From assembly GCF_006345805.1 (NCBI RefSeq), contig NW_021833760.1, positions 1 to 55,228 on the forward strand: DNA of 55,228 bases. Direction: 5' to 3'. The notes beneath the pieces are model-generated. The model was given only the letters and a program-made list of their open reading frames with translations, searched no databases and had not been told where the DNA came from. Positions within the stretch are counted from its first letter, which is position 1, and every line of letters starts with the position of its first letter. This DNA is from Octopus sinensis (Eukaryota). Made by a program: the position numbers and the translations under genes. Below, one piece after another: positions 1 through 16,719 of the stretch.

Positions 1-76
1 TTCTTCTTCTTTCTTCTTCTTCTTCTTCTTCTTCTTCTTCTTCTTCTTCTTCTTCTTCTTCTTCTTCTTCTTCTTC
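1..76. repeat. (TTC)n microsatellite
   Basis: Near-perfect TTC run. Confidence 0.97.
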
Positions 77-162
77 AAAACAACTTGATTCGGTTTCATG
101 CGACTTACAGCTTCACAAGCTTCTAACAGAACCTGATTCATGCAGGCTCAGATTACCGAATG

Positions 163-234
<72 letters not shown>

Positions 235-237
<3 letters not shown>

Positions 238-792
238 GCCCTGATGCAGTGCCAGGCAGAGGCTCTCATGGCTTCTGATCTTATCTGATTGGAAGTGTTA
301 TCATGTACATTGTTTTGTCTTGGTATAAAAGATGGGCTACAGCAAATATTCGGCCCAGTACTACAGATTTGCTTGTCAGTTGCTTGACCTTAACCAAGTG
401 AGCATGTCCCTTGGTGGATGATGACATGTGCATCTCTGATCACGAGCAGAAGTAGTGGGGGAGCATCATAGCCATGTGTTGAGAGAAATTCTTTGGGGTT
501 TGGATAATTCACCCTTGGAAACATGGGCGTTTTGTTCATCATCCTTAAACAATCCTTATTCAGGAACCTTTTGAGCGGGATGGGCTACTCAACCCGAAGA
601 AAATTCTAACTAGGGCCCCACCTGCAAGGTCATGTGCTGTCTATCTTGATATGAGATCACCATGACGCGCACATATGGTTGTGATGCATGTGCCTGGTGT
701 ACCCTTATCAGACGGGTAGTCATGATGGGTATATTGGGCTTCGTATATTTTACCCCAGTGTCACTTTGATGGCATGAACTGCTCTCTCACTC
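235..792 (+). mobile_element. ~560-bp non-coding interspersed element between (AAT)n tracts, copy 1
   Basis: Flanked by (AAT)n at 161-234 and 793-850; a highly similar copy lies at 4381-4900. Confidence 0.75.
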
Positions 793-841
<49 letters not shown>

Positions 842-849
842 TTAATAAT

Positions 850-4900
<4,051 letters not shown>

Positions 4901-5067
4901 ATAATGATAATAATAATTAATCCTTACTGAGTGCTTTTTCTTTCGTTTGTCCATTTACTCGTATATATATATGTATGTTCGTTTGTGCCAGTGCGCGCGC
5001 GCGATTGTGTGTATGTTTGTATGTATGTATATATACATATACCTACCTACCTACATACGTACATATA

Positions 5068-5141
<74 letters not shown>

Positions 5142-5399
5142 TATATATATACACACATATATACATATATATATATATATATATACATAGATGCATATAC
5201 ATATACATATGCATGTGTATGTGTGTGTGTAATCCACATATGTGTGTATTTATATATATATATACGTATATGTATATGTGTGTATCTTTCTATCTATCTA
5301 TGCGCCTGTCTGTATGTCTGTCTGTCTATCTATCTGTCTATCTGTCTGTTTGCATATCTGACTACCGATCAATATAGATCCCACAATTCTACTGGTAGT

Positions 5400-5760
5400 G
5401 GCTAAGATGACTGAGGCCCTACACCTCAGAGAGAAGACGCGGGAGATATGCAGTGACATACTTATGGAAAATCTTCGACGGTCTGTCTCCCTTTTTGGAG
5501 CTGAACGCTATACTAACCACCGAACTGGACGGCACTGTATACTACCAAAGATCCTGTCTTCCACATCTAGAATTGGGCCCTAGAACTAAAATAGTTTGGG
5601 TTTCAAACGCTCATAACTTTTTAACATTCTGCCAAACATCATAAGATCTGTGAGGTGTAGATGTGGAGGTTTTCAAAGAATATTTAAACAAATATTTGGA
5701 CAAATAAACACCTCACCTAAGGTGGTACCCCAGGATGGCCTCTGGCTGAAACCATTAGAA
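5400..5760 (+). mobile_element. Degraded LINE 3' fragment (CR1/L2-like)
   Basis: Remnant resembling the LFN.LP..IR...VFK..L..YL C-terminal tail; heavily decayed. Confidence 0.35.
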
Positions 5761-5773
5761 GAAAGAAGATATA

Positions 5774-6176
5774 CTCTTTCTCTTTTACTCTTTTACTTGT
5801 TTTAGTCATTTGACTGTGGCCATGCTGGAGCACCGCCTTTTTTAGTCGAGCAAATCGACCCCAGGACTTATTCTTTGTAAGCCTAGTATTTATTCTTTCG
5901 TCTCTTTTGCCGAACCGTTAACTTACGGGGACATAAACACACCAGCATCGGTTGTCAAGTGATGTTGGGGGGACAAACACAGACAGACACGCACACATAT
6001 ATATACATATATACGACGGGCTTCTTTCAGTTTCCGTCTACCAAATCCACTCGCAAGGCTTTAGTCGGCCCGAGGCTATAGTAGAAGACACTTGCCCAAG
6101 GTGCCACGCAGTGGGACTGAACCCGGAACCATGTGGTTCGTAGGCAAGCTACTTACCACACAGCCACTCCTCCGCC
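5774..6176 (-). mobile_element. tRNA-head SINE family A, full length
   Basis: Minus strand GGCGGAGGAGTGGCTGTGTGGTAAG...GGTTCAGTCCC (A/B-box-like), central microsatellite, (GTAAAAGA) tail; many copies in window. Confidence 0.9.
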
Positions 6177-6299
6177 TATATATATATAGGATGGCTGAAA
6201 CAAGTAAAAGAGTAAAAGAGTATATATATTCCCCATGCTGGACTGCTGAAATCTATAATTATTTTTCATTCTCTCTTTGTTTACTCTTTCTTTTTAATT

Positions 6300-6460
6300 T
6301 TTTTGATTCTCTCTCTGTTTATTTTCTCTTATTGCTTTCTGTTGAAGAGCGTAGGCTGAAAACATAAAAGACTTTTTCATTTTCCTTAGCATCAGACTAT
6401 TACACCTGCTTGTTGCTCATACACTTGTCTTCATTTTTTATTTTTCTATAAATTTCAATT
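6300..6460 (+). mobile_element. PLE terminal-repeat fragment with hammerhead-like motif, abutting (TA)n
   Basis: Similar to 30080-30222 and to the reverse complement of 52240-52390. Confidence 0.6.
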
Positions 6461-6482
6461 ATATATATATATATATATACCT

Positions 6483-7018
6483 TGCTACCTAAATGTGGCG
6501 GACCCATTGGGGATGATGCTAATGTTGTTTATAGCCTCAGGAAGAATCTTCTCCAGCTTGCTAACGACATGCTGTCAGTGTCTGATTAGTATTTGCCACA
6601 TGTAGGTTGCAAATATACTTCACGATTCCGTTCTGCTACTGTTTACTTCTCGTTCAGAGACTCAATATTGCTTGTTTCTCCTTTTTCGAGGTCAGTGATA
6701 GTTTATCACTGGTAAAAGCATATAGTATTTTGCATTTGGAATGAGTTTTCACCACTAGTTGGCGATTATCACACACTTATGACGGGTTACTTCTCAGAAA
6801 CCCAGGTCTGTGTGTATCACGTAAGGCTAGAGATGGGAACGATGATTTCCCTTCGCAAATACTAATCAGACACAAACAGTGTGTTGTTAGCCATCTGGAG
6901 GACATGTCTTCCTGGGGCTATAAACAACAGCAGCAGCGTCCCCTATGGGTCCATCACATGTACGTGGCAAATATACTTCACGATGACGTGCTGCTATTGT
7001 TTACTTCTCGCTCAGAGA
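6483..7018. repeat. MITE-like element with ~115-bp inverted arms plus a ~60-bp direct repeat
   Basis: 6483-6597 is the reverse complement of 6855-6970; 6597-6660 is repeated at 6955-7018. Confidence 0.7.
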
Positions 7019-7027
7019 TTTATTTTA

Positions 7028-7058
<31 letters not shown>

Positions 7059-8044
7059 GTATATATAATGTGTGTGTGTGTTTATTGGCACAGGCTTAGA
7101 AGCGTTAAGAGGTTTGCTTTGCAACCATATAATTCTGGATTGGTTCTCATTGCATGAAAGTATCTTCCACTCTAATCGGAGGGCGAGCAATGCAAGCGTT
7201 TGAATAAATTTTGTAGCCGAAGCTTTTCATGAACCATCACATACAAATTTGAATGCATGGTGCATTCAGTCCGATGGTTCTCTATACCCATTTCACTCAA
7301 AAAGCATTGGTTGAGCCAAGACTATAGATAATTACATTTTTCTAAAATCTCAGACAGTTAACTCGAAACTGTGACGTAATGATTACTAACATACTACTGA
7401 ACAATTCGCCAAACTGCGCATTCAAACATATCTTAACTCATTCAATGGAATTCATTTAAGCTCACTTAAGACAGTCTTAGGACCGGTTCATTTCATTGTC
7501 TGCCGATATTCTACGATATTTTCTAGAAGAAAATTATTATTAGCTTTGTATGTAACTGCGTAGTGCATTGTTATCTTGCGCAAAAGACTTCATTTCACGT
7601 TGCTCTACTATGACTTCGACATCTGATGTGTAACACACAGTGTCCCTTTACATGTCATACAGGCAATATTGATTTGCTTGAGGGAGTGAGCTAATATGCA
7701 GGACAAACATTTCATCTCTGTAAAAAATCATTTAGGTAGGTTATTCAGTAAGAAATTGCGGAATTTCTATCAGTTATTTACTTCAGGAGAGTCCACTATG
7801 TACCAAATAATGTTGGAGTCCTGAAGTTAACGACTTCACTCTGGACGCTATGGCATTGGTCAGTGTACAAACAAAATGAGAAAGAATGGTAATGTTGAAC
7901 TACAAAAAGTTTGATGCGTAAAATAAAATTCTAAGGAGAAAATTAGATAGGTTATATGGAAATAACAGAATAGGATTTCGAAGCATAAATTAAGAGTCGA
8001 AGCATGAAAATATTGATTTCTAATATTTGTGTAAGGCCAAATAT

Positions 8045-8229
8045 TTGTTGCGAATCGATAGAGCTGATTAAATCGATCCCAGAGTGTGCTAATGGTTTTC
8101 ATTTTATCTGACTTGAAGAGATGAAAGGCCAAGTCAAACCCGACGGGATTTTAACTGAGAACGTAAAGGGAGGTAACTAAATATAGTAAGGGATTTAGTA
8201 TGGCATTCTACCACTTCTGCTGATCATCC
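8045..8229 (-). mobile_element. SINE family B, degenerate, inside the GPCR-like 7TM exon
   Basis: Similar to the reverse complement of 10827-10980. Confidence 0.6.
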
Positions 8230-8796
8230 TCATGAAGCATAACATTGGAACCACTCCAAGAGCTGCACCAAGTACTGCAACTCGTTAGAATTCTTCACTG
8301 GTTTGTGTCGTTCTAACCTTCTACATTTTCCTTGATTTACTACAAATCATTATTACAATAAATATCTCAAGAGTCTCACTAATATCATAAGTTCACCCAT
8401 TCATACATATCTATATATATGCATATATATATATATATATATATATATGTTTGTATGTGTGTGTGTGTGTTTGTGCGTGCGTATATATGTGTGTGTTTGT
8501 GTGTATGCACACACACGCACTTGCACCCCTCACAAATATATGAATATATACCTAAATGTGCATATACACATACATATTTATATGTTTACTTGTTTGTGTT
8601 TTTGTGAATGTTTACAGCGCTACTAAAGTCAACTACCTTTATACAGATTGCTTTCTAACACGTGTGCTTGAAAAGCTGAAAGCATAGAAAAGCATTTAAC
8701 ACTCAGCAAAAACTTCCTTCCGAAAGTTTGTACTATTCTGGTTTGTATTTAAAGATTTTATAAAAACAGTACTTTTTAAATTTAAGAAAATCTTTC

Positions 8797-8880
<84 letters not shown>

Positions 8881-9901
8881 CTAGCATTAAAGACCCGTCG
8901 TTGCCGGGTCATAGTGCTAGTGCATGTATATATGTGTATATATATGTGTACATATTACATGTACATCTATATATATACATCTACACATAAAATACAAAAT
9001 ACAAAGTTATATCTTGATATCGCTAGTGATAACAATACTCAAAATATATAACAGACTGGAATTGTTAGCCCGTCTCTTGTAATTTCGATCAATTATATCT
9101 TGTCCTCCCTCTTGTATAGAAGTGTGGCTACAATCCAGCCTACCTCTACTTCGGGGGGGGGGTGCATTTAAAAGTTTTTTCCGGGACGTCCCAGACATAA
9201 AGGTAAAAATAAAATATTTCCACTTTGTAAGTTCGAGTCGAGTACTCCCTTGCACGCTCCGTTGACTCGAACCTTGCATTTATTGTGGCGAATTTACCGC
9301 CTCTGATTAGATAACTTTCATAGTCGCACCAAGACACTTTCGGAGGTGCTTTCCTCCATATGTTCAAATCTTTTTTCTCTACATTGTATACTTTATAGAC
9401 AATAGTCTTTTCTTTAATTTAATTTTTTATTATCCATCTGGACTATTCCATTTCTGCACGCTAATTTTATTTTTAATTTATTCCCATTCATGTGAAACCA
9501 CTTATTCAAGTTCAAGTCATTGAAGCAATTTTATACCAATTGCTATTTTTCCTTTTTTTTATGTTACGATTATATCATACTTTAGTTTGATTTTAATTAT
9601 TACTTACTACATATGATTCAATTGTTATTATTTTTATTGTTAAAGTGAAAGTATCTGACATAAAATAGAGAAATGTTTTTGTTTCACTTTTAACACGTAA
9701 TACTGAAATATATGATATTGCTATGGGCTCGCTCTAGGCAAGAAGTTGACCATTTTTTTTACCATGAAACTACACGGACCCTAAGTAAGGCATGTGTAAA
9801 ATTTGAATGAAATTGGTTGTGTAGTTCTCAAGTTTTAGGGAAGCACACAGACAGACAGACAGACAGACAGACACACATTCTCAGTTTTATATATATAAAG
9901 A
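8881..9901 (-). mobile_element. Non-autonomous Helitron
   Basis: Minus strand begins A|TCTTTATATATATAAAA followed by (TGTC)n and ends with hairpin GACCCGGCAACGACGGGTC then GCTAG|T; A/T target without TSD. Confidence 0.8.
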
Positions 9902-10169
9902 TGTATATAACTAGCACGTTCACTAACATTAAGCTGGTAATCCGAGTCTATTTTTTATTTAATTATCTGTTGTTTTTAATTAGTATGTGTGTACGAATGT
10001 TATGCATGTATGTATGTTCCTTTTTAATTATTTGAAAGCTTTCTCTGAAGAAAAAGTTGGTTTTTAACAAATATACAATGAGCCATCATTGGAACAGAAA
10101 TAAAAATAAAGTCACATTTTGACCCTGAGAAATGTTATGCATACTTTATCTCTTCTACTTACAGATTGT

Positions 10170-10645
10170 ATGTGTAATGTGCTAATCAAATGGGTGATTT
10201 CTTTTCCTAGAAAACTCTAGCTTTTCCAGATTTACTCAGAAAACGAAATGCACCGATTATTGTTATAAATACATATTTATAATCTGGATATACAGTTGCC
10301 CGTAGTTTTTGTCTTTCTCTTTGATTTTCGAAGCGATAGTCATATCAGCTGCGCATATGTTTAAAGTGCATACTTTTTTTTTGCGTGTTCCAAAAAAAAC
10401 AAATATCAGACCTGTTATGTTTACACTTGAGGAAAGTTTCGGAGACAATATTTTACCAATATCCTTTGTGTTGATGTTTGCGTATGTATTCAATAATAGG
10501 AGGCTTTCTCTGCATTTATTCCAAGACAGTCTTTTTTCCAGACGGGATTGTATATTGTTTTTGCGACATCATGTCGTATAGCGATGTAGTACTTTGATGA
10601 AACTTTTGGGCAGCTGCAACTCATATGTGTGATGTCCTCCGCAGA
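10170..10645 (-). mobile_element. RLE-type non-LTR retrotransposon 3' fragment
   Basis: EDITH..CSCPK..RHD knuckle region, HNRPD-like motif, KIKEKDKNYG; frameshifted. Confidence 0.7.
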
Positions 10646-10646
10646 A

Positions 10647-10677
<31 letters not shown>

Positions 10678-10773
10678 TGTATGTATGTATGTATGTATGT
10701 ATGTATGTATGTATGTATGTATTTATGTATGTATGTATGTATGTATTTATGTATGTATGTGTTTGTGTGTATG

Positions 10774-10826
<53 letters not shown>

Positions 10827-11045
10827 GCAGAAACGTTAGCGCGCCGGGCGAAATGCTTAGCGGTATTTCGTCTGTCGTTACGTTTTGAGTTCAAATTCCG
10901 CTGAGGTCGACTTTGCCTTTCATCCTTTCGGGGTCGATAAATAAAGTACCAGTTACGCACTGGGGTCGATGTAATCGACTTAATCCCTTTGTCTGTCCTT
11001 GTTTGTCCCCTCTATATTTAGCCCCTTGTGGGCAGTAAAGAAATA
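10827..11045 (+). mobile_element. tRNA-head SINE family B
   Basis: GCAGAAACGTTAGC..GAGTTCAAATTCCGC (B box)..GGGGTCGAT; related copies at 45362 and 54283. Confidence 0.88.
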
Positions 11046-11143
11046 TATGTGTGTAGGTGTGTGTGCGTGTGCGTGTTTGTGTATGTGTATGTATGCATGT
11101 GTGTGTGTGTGTGTATATGTATGTATGTATGCATGTATGTATG

Positions 11144-11174
<31 letters not shown>

Positions 11175-11349
11175 GTATGTATATAATTACTCAGATTTCT
11201 TGCCAATGGGGAAAGAGCCGGTTTCTAACTTAGATCCAAGTCTTTTTCATTGAAATTTCAACGTCAACAGCGCATTTTTGTATGTAATTATGTGCAGATT
11301 TGTATGTTTTGTTTAGTGTATATATTCTAATGCATATAGTTAAATGCCT

Positions 11350-12215
11350 AGACATAGTAATATATGCTTAAATGATAAACTTCTGGAAAGTTTCACAGAT
11401 TTTTACAGTTCCAGTAATGGCTCGGATTTGTAGTCTTTGAATCAGCTTTCTCCTTTCCGGTTTTGAGAGCCTAATTTATCAAGATTGCTATTTAGGCAGT
11501 GTCCCAATAATTACAGGTATAAATCTGAACTTGTAATCTGGATAGAGTAGCTGTGGATTCCTCAATAATTCAGCGTATTTTCTTTCTCGCTGATTTTTAT
11601 CCGTAAGTTAGCATCTGCTGGGCAGCTGATTTACACAACTCTGCACAGTTTTTCGTCTATATCCCAAATCTCTATGTCAGGTCTATTATGCTAACATTTT
11701 ATTGAGGTTTTCACTAGAACATTCCTTTTTATTACGCATACTCCCTTTTATTATGCGTACTCCTTTTTTTACGCGTACTCTTTTTTATTACACGTACTCC
11801 TTTTTATTACGCGTAGCTATGGCATCTACCATACTGTTAGTTCCTATTTTTTTGGTCCCGGGTTTTTCCTTCCGTCGGGTATCCTTATACAGTCTTAGAA
11901 ACAACATCATGTCTCGTCGGTAGATAATTTTCGGACAACTGCGTATGATGTGGGTGATATCTTCGGTGTGAACATCAAAAAGTATGCATAGATTGTCACA
12001 TTTTCCTGCTTTTCTTGCGTCTCTGTCCCTTTCGTGCATCAGGTACTTGGTTGATATTTCCTGTTCCTGGATAGCATAGGCATACCCTTCAACTCCTAGG
12101 GAGTTAGTAATCCGGTTCTTGGTCCATGATAGGCTGTTTTGATGATCAAAGTTACTATTATCCCAGAGCTTTCTACTAATATTTCCAGACAGCGTCTTCA
12201 GCTGATATACGCTGA
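11350..12215 (-). mobile_element. RLE-type non-LTR retrotransposon 3' fragment with internal minisatellite
   Basis: EGYAYAIQEQEI, CDNLC..EDITHIIRSCPK, ISCPAD..KISEKE, FIPVIIG, GTVKICETF. Confidence 0.78.
11720..11815. repeat. ~19-bp minisatellite (CGTACTCCTTTTTATTACG) x5
   Basis: Five imperfect tandem copies visible. Confidence 0.85.
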
Positions 12216-12236
12216 TGATACGTTGTGGTAGATTCA

Positions 12237-12271
<35 letters not shown>

Positions 12272-13139
12272 CACACACATACACACACACACACACATAC
12301 ACACGCACATACACTATATATAAATGCGTACATATATATTATATACAACAAAAAAACTAACAGGAAAACAATGGCAAGAAAGCACCAAAAAATAATCAAC
12401 AGCTGCAGCAATATGAACAGTACTAATAACCTCATAAATACTGTATATATTAATCCGTGGTTCCCATCGTATCTTAATAAATGCTGTCCAAATCAGTTTA
12501 CAAATATTATAAAAGATGTTCGTGTTATAAAGTAGTTGGTCACCAAAATGTAATCGACAACGAGCATATCTGACTTGAATATACCTCAGAACAATACTGT
12601 ATTCATTCATCTTTTTTATTCACAGCTCTGCTGATGATGCTATCGAAGTCTTGATGGCGTGAGGTCGGTCTTAGTTTATTGGAAAAAAATCATTTGTTGG
12701 ACCTAATATGGATACATCTTTTACAGATACAGAGATCTCATATTCTGTGTGTGCCATCTTTATTGAAAGTAACATTTCCTCCATTGGATTGCAATCATTA
12801 TAATATCGGGTGACCGATACCTTGGTCAATAAGAAACCGCCTTCATGGTAATCTTATGAGCAATATATTCTGAAACGATCCTCTGTGTATGATAAAAAAA
12901 CCCCACAATTTATATAAATCTTGTAAAAATAAAATTTTAACCACGAAATAATACACCAAAGAAAAAATTCTAAGCATGAGGTGAATAAGCAAAACTGTTA
13001 TAATTTTTCACATTATAATTTGAATCAGTAATTTCATTCATTTTTATAGACTTTATTTATACCACTGTTAATTTCAGACTGGCATAATATTATGATGGCA
13101 CTATATAATGTTGTGACATTCATGCATTTCCCTCTTTAG

Positions 13140-13620
13140 GTGCTATGTCCAGAATGAGAGAGGCGACCATGTCCTGTCACAATTCTATGTTCTTTGAATT
13201 CTGTAACAGTTCCACTTCCTGATGTTTAATGTCTCTTTCTTCCAACCAGTTTGTCAAGTTTGACATCCACATCATCCTTCTCCTTCCTCTGCTTTTTTTC
13301 CTTTCAATCTTTCTGGTCATCGCTAAATTCTCCGGCCTTCTTTCATCATTACACGACCAATTAATTTCAGTTTCTTGGCCTTTTTTCACGAAACAGTACC
13401 CTATTTATCACAGCCCAGGTCATCACTTTTTCATTAGACACTCTGTTCATGCTATCCTCAATATTCTCCTTAAGAGCCACATTTCACAGCTCTCCAAGCA
13501 CCTTCTTATTTCTAATATTAAAGACCATGTTATACTTCCATACAAAAGGGTAGGCATAAGAGTTCAATATACGCATCTTGATATCGATGCTCAGAGTACG
13601 GTTTCTCAAGATGCTATATA
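13140..13620 (-). mobile_element. RTE-clade LINE 3' fragment
   Basis: ENLAMTRKIERKKSRGRRRMMWMSNL matches the RTE C-terminal G.R.RGR...W motif. Confidence 0.7.
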
Positions 13621-13659
13621 AATTTGAGAATGCAGATTTTGCGTGAGAAGTAATGAGAA

Positions 13660-14075
13660 ACACCTTAGTAGAAACATCCCAGGAAATCCTGCCAAAAGAA
13701 AAGAAAAAAATATGTAATTGGTAACTGAGGAGATACTTTCAATGACGAATAAAAGACAGATGATCAGGAACAGGAAATCCAACGAGTATTGGGATTTGAA
13801 TTGACTGAACGGATGTGTAAAGAAGCTAAAAAGACTTGCCCGAATGAATAGTGTGATGTAATTGAAAAGCAATTTCCTGTAGGATACAAAGTGAATCAGA
13901 AGATAAATGAGGTCTCTGAGCAAAGAATGGTACCATGCTGATTGAGGAGATTGACAGTTTGAATAGTTGGACAGAGTATTTCGAACAGGGTGTAGATGGA
14001 CAGAGTATATGAGTCGAAAGCAATATTGCCTAGTTTACTTGACTCTAATGAGGGTCCAAAGATCCTGCCATCTGT
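13660..14075 (+). mobile_element. RTE-like LINE fragment (EN-RT linker), opposite orientation
   Basis: VTEEILS..., CKEAK, NGTMLIEEIDSLNSWTEYFEQ, EGPKILPS. Confidence 0.55.
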
Positions 14076-14596
14076 CATAATGTATTTACCAGCATGCGAG
14101 ACATTTTTGGTTTTCACCAAGAGTTGAACTGCGGTTAATTATACATCAAGGTGTATCTCATAAGGCCGAAACGTGCTTGGAGTTATTTCTCCTGCTTGTG
14201 AAAATGATTAAAAAATTATTAGACATTGAGATATTCTTCTCTTCCGTTTTCTTTCATATTCTAATTAGATTGCTGATGCCCATTACATTCAATATGTTTC
14301 ATGTAGATGGTGTTTGTGAGTAATTACAATCAATATTTTTTCTTAACTAATTTGTAATTTGCTGTGCTTATTCAGGCAACTGCAAAGTAATCCGAAATGG
14401 CAAATTTCATAATACAATTTCGGCAAGTACCGCGAAGTTCATGCTTTGCTGAGAAAGTTCAATAACACCAAAATATGTTAGAATTTCTCTCCCGGATTGA
14501 ACAAAACCTTTAAAATAATATTGGTCACCCAGCTAAATATCATCACTGTATGATGTATTCTTATGTTCCACAGTAAATATTTTCAACTCTGTACTA

Positions 14597-15840
14597 TCAC
14601 GCTGAGTAAAAAGTAAGCAACGTTTTGAAACATGAAATTCATGACAATATATTTCAACAATGAGGAAATTTTATTCAAAGTAAGTACCATTACAATCAAC
14701 ACATTTTTGCCAACGAGTTACAAGTTTGTTTATTCCGGTAACATAAAAGTCTGAAGTTCTGGAGCTGATGAACTCTTTGAACGCACTTACAGCATCAGTT
14801 TGATTTTTGAACTCCTTCTCTTGCAGGAAACCACAAAGGTGCTTGAAAAAGTTGGTAGGAGAAAGGTCTGGAGAATAAGCTGGGTGGGGAAGAACTTCGT
14901 AGCCAAGTTCCCCCAACTTATGGAGCGTCATTAGTGATACGTACAGTCGAGCATTGTCAGGAAGACTTATTGGCCCTCTTTTACAGACCAGTCTGGGACG
15001 GAGGAATAGCAGTATTTCGTTCATTTTGGCAATTTCATGGCAATATGTTTCTGTATTAATGGTTTTTCCTGGTTTTAAGGTTATAGTGGATGAGTCCAGC
15101 AATACACCACCAAGCAGTCACCATAACCTTTTTGAAGAGCTCGAGTTTAGGGAAGGTTTTCAGTATTTCATTTTGGTTGAACGTTTTTTTATTACTGTAC
15201 AGAAGCCACTTTTCATCGTCAGTTATAATACGGTCGAGAAATGGATCAGTTTGGCTATGGAGAAAAAGCGACGAACAAATTTCATATCTGCGCATTTTCT
15301 GGTTTTCAATGAAATTGTGTGGTACTCATTAGTCAAGCCTTTTGATTTTCCGATCGCATGCAAATGGTTGCAGGTAGTTTTCTTGTTAACTCGAAGTTCT
15401 TTTGCCAGTTCTCGAGTGCTTTTACGTGGATCTTTCTCCATGAGTCTTTAATTGACCGACAGCAATGATAGATGGGCGTCCACTACGCTCACGATCTTCA
15501 AGGCTCAAGTCCCCATTGCAAAATCGTTTAAACTATTTTTGAGCTGACCACTCACTGGTCATTTCCTCACCAAATGTTTCGTTGGTATCGCGAGTAGTTT
15601 CAGCTGCTTTTTTGAAGTTGAATAGCAATATTGCTCGAATATCGCGCTTTGATAGTTCCATTTCAGATGATTGTAATAACGTTTAAAAAAAATTATGTTA
15701 ATTTATTGATGCATTTGGGCAAGTCTATGTCTGTATTGTCAGACAATTGCAAAAAAGTATTTTAAAAATTCAAAATTCTACAAAAATTCAGTATAAATTC
15801 TTCATGGTTCAAAACGTTGCTTACTTTTTACTCAACCTGA
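14597..15840 (-). mobile_element. Full-length mariner element, defective
   Basis: ~40-bp TIRs TCA(C/G)G(C/T)TGAGTAAAAAGTAAGCAACGTTTTGAA, TA on both sides, 1244 bp. Confidence 0.93.
14671..15661 (-). pseudogene. Mariner transposase, frameshifted
   Basis: MELSKRDIR start; DRIITDDEKW, PDNAR, HPAYSPDLSP, RWQKCVDCNGTYFE. Confidence 0.9.
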
Positions 15841-16264
15841 TAAATATTTTAACTTCTGTTTAACTCAGTTTTTTTTTAATCCTTTATTCATGTTTCTTTA
15901 AATATGAAGGAGAGATGAAAAAGAAAATGGTAATTAAAGATATATACTTATATTTCCTGAAAGAGAAAAAATATTCTCTACTTTGGTCTCAAAAATTGGT
16001 ATAGCAAGAGTAGGAACTTAATAGAAATTTTAGAAATAACTCCACTCCCCCTTCACTGACTATGAGATGAAAGATCGATGAACCGTACATGACGAATGTA
16101 AATTATTAAAATATTTAGCCTCCGTATCTGGTTTTAATCTCTCCCTCTCTCTACATATGGACATACAACTAAATACATAAACATAACCATATACGCTATT
16201 AGACAAGTCAGAGTCGGTGAAGGGTCATCAAAAGGAGCGGCTGCACATTGGGGAATCTCTAGAA

Positions 16265-16572
16265 TAACAGTATATTGGACAAACCCTAGTAGAAAACTGC
16301 ACTCTTTGGATCTTTATACGAACATACGTCTCCTTTATCCCTTTTCTCCTTACTTTTCTTTCATTTTTAGGCCCTCCCCCCTCCCATTACTATTTTCCTC
16401 TCGCACGCTTCATTTACTTTTCTTCTATACTTCTCCTTTGATGAAGTACTAGTGTCCGAAACGTTGAGGTCATTTCCTTTCTTTTCTAAGCGTTTAACTC
16501 ACACAATACTTGTTCATAACTGTCCATCCCGCGTTGTCTTTATTCTTGTCTTTGTTCATAAACTTTACAATA
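16265..16572 (+). mobile_element. PLE remnant with hammerhead-like motif
   Basis: QYIGQT remnant at ~16270; TTGATGAAGTACTAGTGTCCGAAACGTT at 16438-16465; T-rich tail ending in TA repeats. Confidence 0.55.
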
Positions 16573-16688
16573 TACGTACATACATACATGCACGCACGAA
16601 CGCATGCAGGCAGGCAGGCACGCACGCATGCACGCACGCACGCACGCACGCACGCATGCACGCACGCATGCACGCACACACACACACA

Positions 16689-16719
<31 letters not shown>

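Noticed and set aside
4931-5405. YI/CV/HT-rich ORFs here and throughout the window
   Set aside because: Translations of (TA)n, (TG)n and (TATG)n microsatellites.
12700-12885. Ionotropic glutamate receptor or receptor guanylate cyclase assignment for the GNVTFNKDG motif
   Set aside because: The fold is shared, but the downstream TM2-TM4-like motifs fit class C GPCRs better.
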